From Chara braunii (taxonomy: Eukaryota > Plantae > Charophyceae): a stretch of 64,000 bases of DNA. Under the pieces are notes generated by a model, which saw only the letters and a list, made by a program, of their open reading frames with translations, was not told where the DNA came from and did no database searches. Both the position numbers and the translations under genes were made by a program. Below, piece after piece: positions 50,484 to 63,335 of this stretch; the stretch's first letter is position 1, and each line of letters starts with the position of its first letter. Location: contig BFEA01000023.1 in assembly GCA_003427395.1 (NCBI GenBank), forward strand, positions 4,240,961 through 4,304,960, written 5' to 3'.

Positions 50484-50521
50484 CTGTCTCTTATACACAT
50501 CTAGATGTGTATAAGAGACAG
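50484..50521. other. Nextera mate-pair junction adapter (assembly contaminant)
   Basis: Exact 38-bp CTGTCTCTTATACACATCTAGATGTGTATAAGAGACAG. Confidence 0.98.
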
Positions 50522-53466
50522 CTGTAGGCCCGTGTGGCTACGCAGTATGCCACACAGACACAGGATGGAAGAGGGGAGGTACTGACTCCGATCACTTGCA
50601 GACAGACACAGGATGGNNNNNNNNNNNNNNNNNNNNNNNNNNNNNNNNNNNNNNNNNNNNNNNNNNNNNNNNNNNNNNNNNNNNNNNNNNNNNNNNNNNN
50701 NNNNNNNNNNNNNNNNNNNNNNNNNNNNNNNNNNNNNNNNNNNNNNNNNNNNNNNNNNNNNNNNNNNNNNNNNNNNNNNNNNNNNNNNNNNNNNNNNNNN
50801 NNNNNNNNNNNNNNNNNNNNNNNNNNAGCATTGATTGCTCCAACATCGTGGAGAATTGACTGTCAGCTTGCCCTGCTTCCTCCTTTCCTCTCAGGACTTC
50901 TATAAGCACCTGTCAAATACAATCATGAAAAGCAAGAAAGGTCTGTGAAGCTACAACTGCTACCAATTCTATCTAACCCCTGAGCCCCGCATATGAGCCT
51001 CGTAAAATCCCTGGCATTCCTTTTTTTTTTGTTTTTTTTTCCGTAAGAAGCGAGTTACATCGATATACACACGCATGCTCCTTTCCGTCTGGCCGAAGGG
51101 TCCCTGAACAGCATTGATTGCTCCACCGATGTGGAGGATTGACTCTTGCCTTTCCCTGGACTTCCTCTCAAGCTCCTCTATAGGGGCCTGTCAGATATGC
51201 AAGTTCCGGCTTTTATCTCCCGAGCCGACCTCGGAGGTGCTCCTCTATAGGGGCCTGTCAGATATGCATGTATTTCAAGAAAACCAGAGAACCTATCTCA
51301 GTGGCTTGACACTGGAGACTCATATATCCCTGTAGTCCTGTTGTCCAGTCTGCAAAGAAACTCGTGTTCTTTGGGGAGCCTCTGAGTTGTGTCATCCCTT
51401 CCATTGGATTTGCAGAGCATCAATATCCGTTATCTTCCCATTGACGAGCCACCCCCTCCTGAACTTGGATATTGTTTCTCGTTGCTCCTCCGGATTCTGC
51501 TGAATTTGGAGTTTGACTTTCTTCCATTGGCACCGGATATCAGTTTCCGTAAGGAGTTCGGCTGATGCCCAGACTTGCTCCGCCTGATTGTTAGACTTGT
51601 CAATAGTTCTGTTACACCTCTCTTTCCAGATGACCCAGAGAGTCACCTTCCTGATTATTCCAAACCAGATGCGTTCAGACTTATGGGAAGGGATGTTAGT
51701 CCACAGGAGTAGTTTGATCGGGTGTTCAGGTAGGGGAGAAGGAAAGAGGTAGTCCCAGAGTGCTGAGGCTCTCGGCCATATGTCAGTAGCAAACTTGCAG
51801 GATATCAGGCAATGTATTAGGTCCTCCCGTTGGTTTTCTGAACACACCAGGCATTGTTCTGAGCTGTTTAAGTCGCTGTGTTTCCTTCGGATGTGTAACC
51901 ATACGTTCACTGGGAGGGCATTGTAGGTGATTAACCATTGCAGGCTTCCGATTTTGACTGGCCGAATAGATTTGTGTTTGCGCCAGGGGAGTTCAGCGAT
52001 TGGTTCCATTCTCTGTCCTAGCAATTTGGACCCGCGTTCTCTGATTACTGGCTCTGGATCCTTCGGTTTCAGTAGCATCCTGTAACCCATTTTAACCGTG
52101 TACTGTGTTATCTGAATGGGAGTCTTGCAGAATCTGTTGTTTCCTGAGAGCCACGCCCATTCCTTTGGGTCAAATTCCAGGTCCTGAATCGCTGTGTTCA
52201 CTTGGAATATTGTTTTCGGCCAAGTTCCCAATACTCTTATTTTTCGGAGCGTGTAAGTGCTGAGGGTTATCTCTTGAGGGTCGATATTGTAAATCAGAAG
52301 CGAGTTAGGGTTGGTACGGTCTATGGGGAAAAAAGTGAATATTCCTAAGAGGTCTGAGCTCGGGGATCTGCGGAAGAACTGGTATGNNNNNNNNNNNNNN
52401 NNNNNNNNNNNNNNNNNNNNNNNNNNNNNNNNNNNNNNNNNNNNNNNNNNNNNNNNNNNNNNNNNNNNNNNNNNCCCCCCTGCAGTGCTGGTGCTGCTGA
52501 TAAGAGCAGACAACACTAGCACCCGGGGGAAGGCTCCATCTGTGTTCACTTGGAATATTGTTTCCGGCCAAGTTCGCAATACTCTTATTTTTCGGAGTGT
52601 GTAAGTGTTGAGGGTTATCTCTTGTGGATCGATATTGTGAATTAGAAGCGAGTTAGGGTTGGTACGGTCTATGGGGAAATAAGTGAATATTCCTAAGAGG
52701 TCTGAGCCCGGCAATCTGCAGAAGAACTGGTATGCTTTCTCAGGGACGGACTCCTGAGTCAGCACTCCCCATTCTCCTGATTTCCATGAAAAGTCGTCCT
52801 TTAACAGATCTTTCCATCCTTCAGGGACGCTGTTTACAATCGTTGTCAGATTTTCCTTCTGAATTTTGTGGCATCCTTTTAAAAGATGTCTCAGTTGTTC
52901 CTCATTGATCCAGTCTTTCCTTACGTCGTCCCAGATGTGGTCTACCCTCCACACTCCGTTTCTGATCCATGACAGCCAGCGTTGGTCGTTGGCCAGGGGC
53001 AGAGGTAAGCCCCCAGCATCCCTTACACATGGGTTTCCGAATAGGGGCTGGCGAAGAACTTCTTCTTTGGATCTGGGCTTTGTCACTTTATTGGGCCTGA
53101 TTCCTCTCCAGACTCTGATCAGGGCTGTCCAGTAAGGTGCTGGGGGTTGGTCATGGATCTGTTGTGCGTTCAGCATTGATGAAAGTATGATGAGGGTTGA
53201 CAATGCCATTTCAAGAAACCATGTCCCGTATCTGTCTCACCTCCTTACCTTGAGTCCCGAGTCCTACATGAGTGTACCTATAAAGCCTGCTATTCTACTG
53301 ACTACCTCCTCCCTTGCCTGTTCCAGGATGTTTGCATATAAGGACGAGTAGGGGTCACTTGAGAGGTTGGCCTCGACGATCTTTAGAGTCATTTCAAGCG
53401 CTTGTTTCCTTTGTTTTCAATCGTTGGCTAGCTTCCGGGATAATTGGGCAACTGATTGGGATAAAG

Positions 53467-54904
53467 CATACTTGCGGCGCATCGACCCCGTGCGCTGCGC
53501 GGTGCGCGGACCCGAGGTGCACGCGCACCGGCGCATGCCGCGCACCTGGGTGTGCGGTGCACGATGTGTGATGCGCTGCGCACAGGGCTGGTGCTCGGCG
53601 GGTGCGCTGGGGGGTGCGCGCTGCAGGCCGCATATGCGCCAGGTGCGCACAGCATATATATATATATATATATATTTTCATTTTTATGTTGAACTGAACG
53701 TTGAGAGAGAGAGAGAGANNNNNNNNNNNNNNNNNNNNNNNNNNNNNNNNNNNNNNNNNNNNNNNNNNNNNNNNNNNNNNNNNNNNNNNNNNNNNNNNNN
53801 NNNNNNNNNNNNNNNNNNNNNNNNNNNNNNNNNNNNNNNNNNNNNNNNNNNNNNNNNNNNNNNNNNNNNNNNNNNNNNNNNNNNNNNNNNNNNNNNNNNN
53901 NNNNNNNNNNNNNNNNNNNNNNNNNNNNNNNNNNNNNNNNNNNNNNNNNNNNNNNNNNNNNNNNNNNNNNNNNNNNNNNNNNNNNNNNNNNNNNNNNNNN
54001 NNNNNNNNNNNNNNNNNNNNNNNNNNNNNNNNNNNNNNNNNNNNNNNNNNNNNNNNNNNNNNNNNNNNNNNNNNNNNNNNNNNNNNNNNNNNNNNNNNNN
54101 NNNNNNNNNNNNNNNNNNNNNNNNNNNNNNNNNNNNNNNNNNNNNNNNNNNNNNNNNNNNNNNNNNNNNNNNNNNNNNNNNNNNNNNNNNNNNNNNNNNN
54201 NNNNNNNNNNNNNNNNNNNNNNNNNNNNNNNNNNNNNNNNNNNNNNNNNNNNNNNNNNNNNNNNNNNNNNNNNNNNNNNNNNNNNNNNNNNNNNNNNNNN
54301 NNNNNNNNNNNNNNNNNNNNNNNNNNNNNNNNNNNNNNNNNNNNNNNNNNNNNNNNNNNNNNNNNNNNNNNNNNNNNNNNNNNNNNNNNNNNNNNNNNNN
54401 NNNGGAGGGGAGAGAGAGAGGGGCTAGTGGTTACCCACCTGGCAACTTTACGAGCTGAAGCCGCGCTCCTCCCGCTGCTTTTTCGGCTCCTTCAGGAAGA
54501 CTGTAGTGCCTTGGCTATGGCTGGACAATGACGCCTTCGACTGCTGCTGCTGCACAGGAGACGTGGAGGCAACGGGCAACGCACGGCGGGCGCGAAGGGC
54601 ACAAAGCTGGACTACCGGGGTTCATCCACGCAGCGAGGGGCAGCACTCGGGATTCGAAACTTCGAAAAACAAACCAACTTCAGCTCCCCCCCCTTTTTTT
54701 TTCGGGGCCCCGCGCGGCCTCAAATTGTTGTTGTTTTCTTTTTTTGTTTCATGACGCGACATCCCACTCGAGCCTACAAAACCCCTCCCCAAGTTTTTTT
54801 TTTTTTTGTCGACCCCTTATTTTCGGGGNGCGCCGCACCCCGTGCGCGGTGCCCGGTGCGGCGCACGTGCGGGATGCCGCGCACCTTAATGCGCCGCAAG
54901 TGTG
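53467..54904. mobile_element. Non-autonomous hAT element nested in the LINE
   Basis: TIR CATACTTGCGGCGCAT / ATGCGCCGCAAGTGTG; 8-bp TSD GGATAAAG (53459-66 and 54905-12); GTGCG subterminal repeats. Confidence 0.9.
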
Positions 54905-55819
54905 GGATAAAGTTAGGTAGATTTTTTGGAACCATTGCCATCTGTCCTGACCATCTAGGAATGAGTTTCTAGCGTTGAGCCAGCATTCCTGTATCTTTTT
55001 CCTGAATATCTGGCTTAGGAGTAAGGAGTTGTTCAGTTTGTGGAAACTGGCTCCTTTTGTGATGTATTGGTCGAAGCACAGAATTAATTCGATGGGTTTG
55101 TGGTCGAGCCCCCCGTAGGGAGCAAGTGGCAAGATGTCGGCTTCCTTAATAGCCCCCATCATTGACTCTGAGGCTAAGAAATAATCGATCCTAGAGAAGG
55201 CTGTGTGATGGGCATGGTTTTTCTTCACGAGGGAAGAAGCCTTTACACCTGGGTGGACCGTTCGGAAAGGGTCAATCAGGCTATGGTCCATCATCAATTG
55301 GATGATCGGGGTTGCTTCTTGGAAGGATTGTTGTGAGGTGGCTCTAGAAATTTTGTCATTGCAGGGCTCGAGAGTCGCGTTCCAGTCTCCCGCTATGATG
55401 CACGAGGAAAAAGGTGTGATTAGGTGCCCCACTGTCAGCAAGAACGTTGACCTTTCTGTCACATTATTGGGTGCGTAAATGTTGATGATTCTCAAGTCTT
55501 CCTCTTTCCATTTCAGGTCCATCCAGCACCACCTTTCCGTCTTGATGTCTGCCTCTCTACCTGTCACTGTTCCTGTTGAGTAAAAACGAGAGGATTTCGG
55601 TATCATAATGGTTGTACCTTTAGTACTGGACCTATTATATGTGGCCCATATTTCGTCCTTAACACCTCTCATTTTCCTTGTGAAAAACTTCCTTATCTTT
55701 TGATGTTTTTCGGAGTTGGTCGTGTGTGTTTCCTGCAAGAGGATGATATCAACTGGCTTGTTGGATGGGTCTTTTAGTCCCTTTATTATGTCGTTCAGCT
55801 TGTCTTCTTTGGTGCTAAT

Positions 55820-56296
55820 CATGGCTACCGCGGACCCGGACACCGGACCGATCCGGACCCAGACAACCAGTCGGTCAGGATATGATCCGGACGTTCGGAT
55901 TTCCGGACCAGTCCGGACCGTCCGGACATGGTCCGGATCAGTCTGGATGGTCCGGATGATAACGTCCGGATCGGTCTGGATTTAAAAAAAAGAAAAAGAA
56001 AAAAACTCCCTGGTCTCTTATGCATGTTGAATGCAGTTTCATCGTGTAACCGTGACTTAAGGGTAAGTGTTCCAGGAAGACATAGTTGTTGGCATATATG
56101 ACAAGCATGAATGATCATTGCTTGACATGCACTGTGCTGGCACAGTCACTGCAAAGCACAAACTGCTGCAAGCGAAGAAAAAGTGAAGAAACAAAAAAAA
56201 AACACTCCGCAGTAAACCTTTGTAAAGATAAATATTAAATGAAGTTCAAGACTTTAGCAGTTCATAATTTAAAGTTGAAAATTTGAAGTCCGAGTT

Positions 56297-56374
<78 letters not shown>

Positions 56375-56789
56375 CATGTGCGCACCAGTCCACAACGGTA
56401 ATGAGGGCTCCCTTTCCCGCTCCCTCTGTGTTTGTGTGTGCGCGTGTGTGTGGTGGCGGCGGGTGGGCGAGAAAGCACTCTGAAATGCCTAGATCCGTCC
56501 TTTCTTCCCTTTGTCACTGGGGAGCTGCGCTATGCCTCCAACAGTCCGCCCAGGATGCAAATAGAAAGGGGGTCGGTCCGACCGCCCTGTACGGCCGATA
56601 CCGGCCCCAAAAATCATAAAAACATTTTTCAAGGGGCGCCCCAGACACAAGGAACAGGTATAGGGTGCACCTTTTTTTTTTTGGGGGGGGGGTTTGGCCC
56701 CTTCGGGACGGGCCTCCTACGGTCCGGCATCCAGACACCGTACAACAGACTGTCTGGACGCCTGTCCGGGTGTCCGGATGGTAGCCATG
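55820..56789. mobile_element. Non-autonomous hAT element splitting the LINE endonuclease
   Basis: TIR CATGGCTACC / GGTAGCCATG; 8-bp TSD GTGCTAAT (55812-19 and 56790-97); CCGGA subterminal repeats. Removing it restores NGLGNISTKEDK. Confidence 0.92.
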
Positions 56790-59462
56790 GTGCTAATGTT
56801 ACCCAGACCGTTGATATTCCAGCTTCGGATGGTGATGCCTTGAGCTTTCCAGTTCACCCTTCCCCCTTTTCATTGGCTTCTTTTCTTAGCACTTCCATGG
56901 TTAGACCGGTGGGGTGAACCTAGATTCATTGAGGACCTTGGTTCTAAGAGACCCCCGAACCTTCCTTCTCCATAGAATCGGCCGAGTCCCCCAGCTTATC
57001 TGGCTGAATCGTAGCCAAGGAGTCATCCATCTTGTATTCTCCTATGCTATCAGCAGACCCTTTCTCCGTGGGTGCGTTTGAGAGTGTTTCATCTTTTTCC
57101 GCGTTCCACTCCTCAGAATCCTCTTCCATTTCTTGTTCAGAGTAGACATTTTTGAAGAATATGTCCATGTCTACTGGCCAAGCTCTTGTTTCCAAGTCGC
57201 CGTCACCCTCAAACTTGGCTCAAAGGTACCGCTACATAACTGTGCTCCACGGTCGCCATCTCATCCCTCCCTTCAATATGGTTCCTTCAGGCATTTTTGC
57301 CATAGGGGGAGTGAACGATCTCGGGGATGTAGGATCCGACTGGTCCTTGTGGGGGTCGTTGAGGCCTGGATGGTCCTTAGTCTCCTGCTGATCCTGTTGT
57401 GGATCTCGTTGTGGTTCTTTATGCTGCTGAACCATCTCAGTTTCTATCTTAAAAACCCCAGAGGGTATGCCGCTGTAATCTTCTCTTGCAAGATCGAGGC
57501 CACATTTTGGCCTTCTTCAATCCTGGGGATTGCGAAGGCCATGTCCGTGGCTACCTGCCATTCTTTTTTTTGTTTCATGTATCTGGCAGCCACCAACGGT
57601 CGGGTCCCCATCAAGTCAGCTTTGCAGATTGTGCCTGGCCCAGGACCTGGGGTGCATTACCATCTGCAATGTGCCTGAGGGAGATGAACTCAAGTTCGTA
57701 TGCTTTGTTCAATTTTTTTAGCTTCTCGGACTGTGCCTTCACCACTGCGATTTCCTGCTCTATCTCAGCCCAGACTGTTTTCCCTGATGTGTCTGCCCCT
57801 TTCTCTTCCTTGTTGTTCCCTTTCTTCCTTTGATTTCTGTTGGTTCTCCATTTTTTTGGACACAGGTCTTGTAGAACTTTTTTTGAGTCCACTTGCATAA
57901 TGTCTTTGTCCGTGAAGCCCTGTTCCCTTGCCCTTTTGTATCTGAGGGCCTCGTACCCTGTAAATTCACCTACTTTCACCAGCAAGTCATACTGGTTAGA
58001 GGAGGTTCACCTGCTTTTTTCACCAGCAAGTCATACTGGTTAGAGGAGGTTCTGATTCCTGCTACTGTCCCTTTTTTCTGATTTTGAGTTCTCTCCATGT
58101 GTTTCAGGCAGGCAGTGCGGATATCGAAGAGATGTTCGCGTTGCGCTTTGGATTTTCTGATATATTCTCTCAGCCATTGAAGGGACCTCTTGGCTACGTC
58201 TTCCTCATCAGTGTCCATAGTGGATGCAGATGCTGCAGATTTTTCAGTAGAGCGGTCAATGTTCACCTGGGTTCCCTCTGATGAGGGGAGGGGGCCTGGT
58301 GGTTGGTCTTCTATCGGCGGTTCACCTAGTCCCCCGTTGCTACCTGATCCCAAACCTCTTTTCTTTTTCAGGTCCGGTTCTCCCCCTTCCTTGGCCTTTC
58401 CCTTCTCTATTGTTCTCTTGTTGTCCGTTGCAGTTTGCTTTTGCAGTTGATTCAATTCTTGTTTCAGTGCCTCTTCTTTGTTGTTGATGATTGCCTCAAT
58501 TTTTGCTCGAATTCTTTGGGGTTGTTTCTGATATTCTTCCTCAATCTGGTCCCGAACCGAGTCCAAATCCCGGATGAGGTTCTCTCTTACTTTTTCCTCC
58601 AGGATTACTCGTGAGTCATTTAGGGGAATCGTTTTGATCTTTGTTGGGTTTCCTGCCTCCTTGCCCATTGCCTTTTTTTGCCATCTGTTACCTGCAGGGG
58701 GGAAAATATCTGTTTTTTTCGTCATTGGTCCTTTGCCAGTGAAGTGCCAGACCCATTCACGGTCCTCCAAGTTGTCATCGAGGACCCAACCATCATAGGT
58801 TGGGTCTACTATGAACCAAGTTCTCGGCGCTTCTTCTACCTCGACCAACATATTAGGAAGCAACTTCCTTTCCTTTTGGTTTTTGGGGAACTTGGGACAT
58901 GTCGGATCCGATCCTACGTGTCCTCTTTCCCTGCATCTTCAGCATATGGGAGACGATTTGGTCAAGACCACCACTTCCAGAATCCTGTCTTGGATTTGGA
59001 AATCCCATTCTCAAGGGAAAACTGGCGGATCGTCGACTTTCACCTCGAGAATGGTCGTCATTGTTCCAACACGGGGGGACAAAAAATCCGGCATTGGCAG
59101 AATCAGTTGTCCGGGTACTGCCTTTCCAGCCTGTCCACAACCAAACCATGGTATCCTGCCTGAATCCTGTCGAATTGCACCCAGAACTGTTCTTTGAGTA
59201 AGGTTTGTTTGTATGAGACAAAGAAAGTTGGATTGGGCCTCATGTGGGGTGATGGTTTTTTTTTTTTTTTTTTTTTTTGAAAACACACCCCCTGCAGTGT
59301 TAGTGGTGCTGGTATGGTGCAGATTGACCCATTACAATTTCTAGATCTCATCTCAGTTGCGATTCTCGCATGATCTATCTCAGATGAAGATCACCATCAG
59401 TGAGTTACGACCCAGATTCATCATGGAGAAGGATCCGCCCGTAGTCTTAAGTTTGTCTTCCT

Positions 59463-59465
<3 letters not shown>

Positions 59466-59493
<28 letters not shown>

Positions 59494-62091
59494 CCTTTCA
59501 TCAGTCCGGTTCCTATTCCGCTGGCAAGTCAAGAAAAATAAATGTAAAGTTACTCACACACGCTTCCTTCCGTCTGGCCGAAGGACCCCTGGACAGCATT
59601 GATTACTCCACCTCTGTGGAGGATTGACTGCCAGCTTGCCCACGCCCTTTTCTTCCCTCTCAGACTGGTCATCCCTGTCTGCCAGATAGCATCGTTAAAC
59701 CTAGAAAGAGCCCCTCCGTCGACCTTGTCAATCTGATCCCCTCTCACTCCACCTTTCCTCCCTTGTACTTGAATAGTTCCCAGTCCAAAACCCTTAGACC
59801 CTCAGCCGATGTCTCAGCCCTCTGAGTTACCATTTTGAAGTCGGCAGGGATACGTTCCCCCGGTACTTGTGATAAGACATCCTTATGTACTTCCCCGTGC
59901 TTGCTCTCGAGTGTCGTCGACCTCGGCTTATTCCCTCCCTCCCATGTTACCTTTTCAGGAGCTGTATTTTGAAAATCCAGAAAACACACTTCCCTATCCC
60001 TTTGCCACTGCGCTTCCCCTGCTAAAACCCTAAACCCTAACCCCTAAGCCTGTGACCCCCTCCTCTTTCCTTTCCTTAGTCCCTCTTCGTTCGTTCGGGA
60101 TGTGTCCACCTACCCTTGGATTATGGCTGATCCTGCCGCATATCCTCTTGTGATGTGTCCTGGTGATCCTCCTTAAACCAATGGAAGCGCAATGCCTTCC
60201 CTTCCAGTGTCGCCACTTTGCCTGCAGCTAAGACCTTAGTCTGAAATTTGTTGATTATGTCCTTGGCCTTTTCCGGGTTCACCTCTTCCTGCTTCTCAGC
60301 TTGCTTCTTAACGCGCTGCCATTGGGCTCTGATGTCTGTCTCGCGCAGATTGTATAAAGTTGCTCTAGCCTCCATTATGGTCATCGAGGCTTTGCCCACC
60401 ACCTGTTGGCATCTTCTTTTCCACACTGTCCATAACGTGTAGAGCCTTAGCAAGTGAAAAATACATTTTTGACTTGATTTCCATCCCTTGGGTGCTTCAG
60501 TTCCGATTAGACGCCGACCCCTGATCGATGGGACCGTAACGCGAGCCCAAAGTGTACGAGCTAATGCCCCCTCCTCGACCCTATTTTGTCTATTCCTTTT
60601 TCCATGCAGCCAAGAGTTTACTGGGAGGGCCACGTGAAATATGAGCCACTGCAGACTTCTGACCTTGCCCAGTCTTATACTTTGTAGTGTTGACCAAGGT
60701 AGTTTCCCCACCTGCTCTCTTGGTATTCCCTCCCGCTTTTCCCATCTTATTGCCAAGGGGAGATCTAACTGGGTCGATCTCCTCCTCAACCTGTATCCCA
60801 ATTTCGTTGTGCAGCGGAGTATATTAATCTTCGTAGCTATTCGTGAGTCCCTTCCCTTAATATTCCACGCCCATTCCGCCGGGTCACACTCCAGATCTTG
60901 AATGGACACTGTGGGTGCAAAAATTGTGAATTCCTCGTCCTCTACCACCTTGACTTTCCTTAGCATGCTTTTCTTGATGGTAATTGCAATCTTTGATTCC
61001 TTATCCAGCAGGCTAACTGTGACACCCGGGTTTAGGATTGTAAACATTTCTGAATCTAGCCACTGATTGGCGGGGCCTACCTCTTGCTGAACACGGAAAG
61101 CTTGTCCTGGTATTGTGCTTGCGATCCAGGTCGCCCAATCGCCCCAATCTCATTTGTGCGATCCTCTCAACAACTGTGTCCACTGTTGCGGTATGGAGAT
61201 AAGGATGTCATTTAAGTTTTCCGTGAGCCTATGACACCCTTTCATCGTAGTTCTTAATTCTCTTCCCGTTTTCCATCAATTATCACTTAGAGACCATAAG
61301 TGCTTGATTTGCCAAACTCCGTGTTCCAACCAATTACCCCATTTAGCGTCATTTGCTGTTAGCGTCCTTGGCTTCCCTTGGGAGTCCTTCAACCAAGGGT
61401 TACAAAACAGGGGTTGTCTGAGGACTTCTTCCTTTGATCTAGGTTTCCTTACTCTTGCCGGGAATATTTCCTCCCATATCTTGAGGATTTGGGCCCAATA
61501 CAAAGAGGTGGATGTCCCCTCCTCGCCCCCCTGTTCTCTTGTTCTACCCTTCTTTGCCCACCCTTTGCAGAATATCCAGAATGTACCTTCCATATTTGGA
61601 GGAGTTGTGTACCTGGACATCCCCCGTATGTGTTCTAGGACTAAAGGAACCCAACGTAAGTGGGGTTGCGTGACCAATTTGATGACCCATTTAGATTGAA
61701 GTGCCTTAATCTGTTGTTCGGGGTCCAGGATACCCAATCCCCCCTGATTTTTTGTTTGTATTACATGCCTCCATGCTACCTTTGATATGAAATTGGTCTT
61801 AGTTGGGTTTCCTGTCCACAGATAGGCTGCCGCTACCCTTCGAAGTTTTCGAAGTGAGTGCACAGGTGGTGACCACATTGTTCCCGCATACCATAATATG
61901 GAAAAGATAGAGGCATTGAGAACCAAAGCCCTCCCAAATAGTGAAGTGTATATATTTGACCAAGCGTCCATCTTCGCTAGCATTTTGGTCATTTGTTCTG
62001 GAGCCATGGAATGATGGGGGCCCGTGTCCGTTAGTCTGATCCCCAAGTGTCTCAGTGGCTGGTGTGGAGGCATCCAATCCATATTATCCAT
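59466..62091 (-). mobile_element. Second L1/Tx1-type LINE, ORF2 3' half
   Basis: PLRHLGI (RT subdomain 7), GRALVLN, KVAW...GGLGI, and KPRSKEEVLRQPLF shared with the neighbouring LINE. Internal stop near 61276; poly(T) at 59466-59492. Confidence 0.88.
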
Positions 62092-63335
62092 TTACGTTTC
62101 TCTGCAGGCATCAAGTCTGCTCCGTTCTTTATGAAATTAAAGACTATCACGTGTCTTTCATGGAGTTCGTCGAGTTTTGGGACTTTCCCGTCTGGGTATT
62201 TCCAAATTACTGTTTCCTCCTCCTTCCCCTCCGAGTTCGGGTGTTTTTCTATCACCATTTCTCCCTGCACTTTGGTCTTCTCAATTAAAAATTTCAAGGC
62301 ATCGTTTTCAATGATTCGGTCGATGGTTTGTTCGTTTGAGACGATCGAGCATATGTAGCCATTGATTGCTGTGTTTGTTTGAAAATGGCTGGGGGCTTGC
62401 CAACCCCAGGGCTCTGCATCTCCGCCCCTCTCACACTTGGTGACGCGAGTATCCAAATTGGTCTGAGGTTGAATGAGGCCACGCCGTGTGGTGGGTATAG
62501 GTGGATTTGATAGGGGGTGTGCAGGAAACAGATGAGGGGGGTATTGACGAAATGTCGTAGTTAATGATAAGAAATACCTTGTCTACGCCTAATCAAATTT
62601 ACCTTCCCTCGGTGGGGGCAGATTGCAGAGGGGAACCGGATAGGGGGAGTGAAGCAGACAGGGGGGGGTGAGAAGTGATTGAGTTGGGTAGGAAAAGGTG
62701 GGGGTTGGGGATGAAATGTTCGTGAAAAAGATAGTTGACGATTAAAGGAGAGAGGTGAGGGTAAATTGCAGCGGGAATAAGGGTAGGGGGGTGAATTAGT
62801 CCTCCACAAATCATAACAAGCCACCCATAACGAAAAAGTACAGATATTAGATTAGACAATATGATGGAAAATGCAAGGTTGGCCATGTTTGTGTGGTACA
62901 GCGCCAAGTGCCCACACACCCGTCTGCCGCCGAAGTGACGCACTTGCACATATACATATATGTATTTGATGCATAAAAGGGTGGAGGGCAAGAAGGAACT
63001 TACATAAGACAGAGGACTCCACCAGCAATAAAGCACCGACCCCATCCGCCATAGGTCTGAAAAACTTGGAGAGCCCTCCACGTCGGCCCACAAAACCACA
63101 AAACAGCATTAACTCAAATGGCTCCACTAACAATGAAGCACCGACCACACGTGCCAATGGTCCAAAAGAAAATTCTTAGAGCCCTCTGCGACGACCTACA
63201 ACGCCACCACAAATCAAAGAATACACTGCAGGACCTCTACGCAACACCAGGAGTGTCATGAACCTCCCCCTGCTGTGCAACCTGCGCAACCTGCGGAATC
63301 GGATGATGTCCTAGTGCCACAGCGAGGTCACTGCA

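Larger units (their letters stand above)
51020..59250 (-). mobile_element. Decayed L1/Tx1-type LINE lacking the RT core, with two nested hAT elements
   Basis: ORF1 remnants with zinc knuckle C*RCRERGHVGSDPTC (~58895-58945). AP-endonuclease motifs SWNINGL (~56810), LQETH, NIYAPN, GDWN, RIDY and DH (54905-55819). C-terminal domain with CLVC...EDLIHCLISC (51392-53209). Poly(T) at ~51020-51040. Confidence 0.88.

Noticed and set aside
59594-59631. SECIS or box C/D reading of the LINE 3'-UTR hairpin
   Set aside because: No canonical AUGA/GA quartet with apical AA and no RUGAUGA/CUGA boxes; that reading is also antisense to the LINE.
60023-60046. Interstitial telomere array
   Set aside because: About three degenerate CCCTAA(A) units in a LINE 3' UTR; too short to call.
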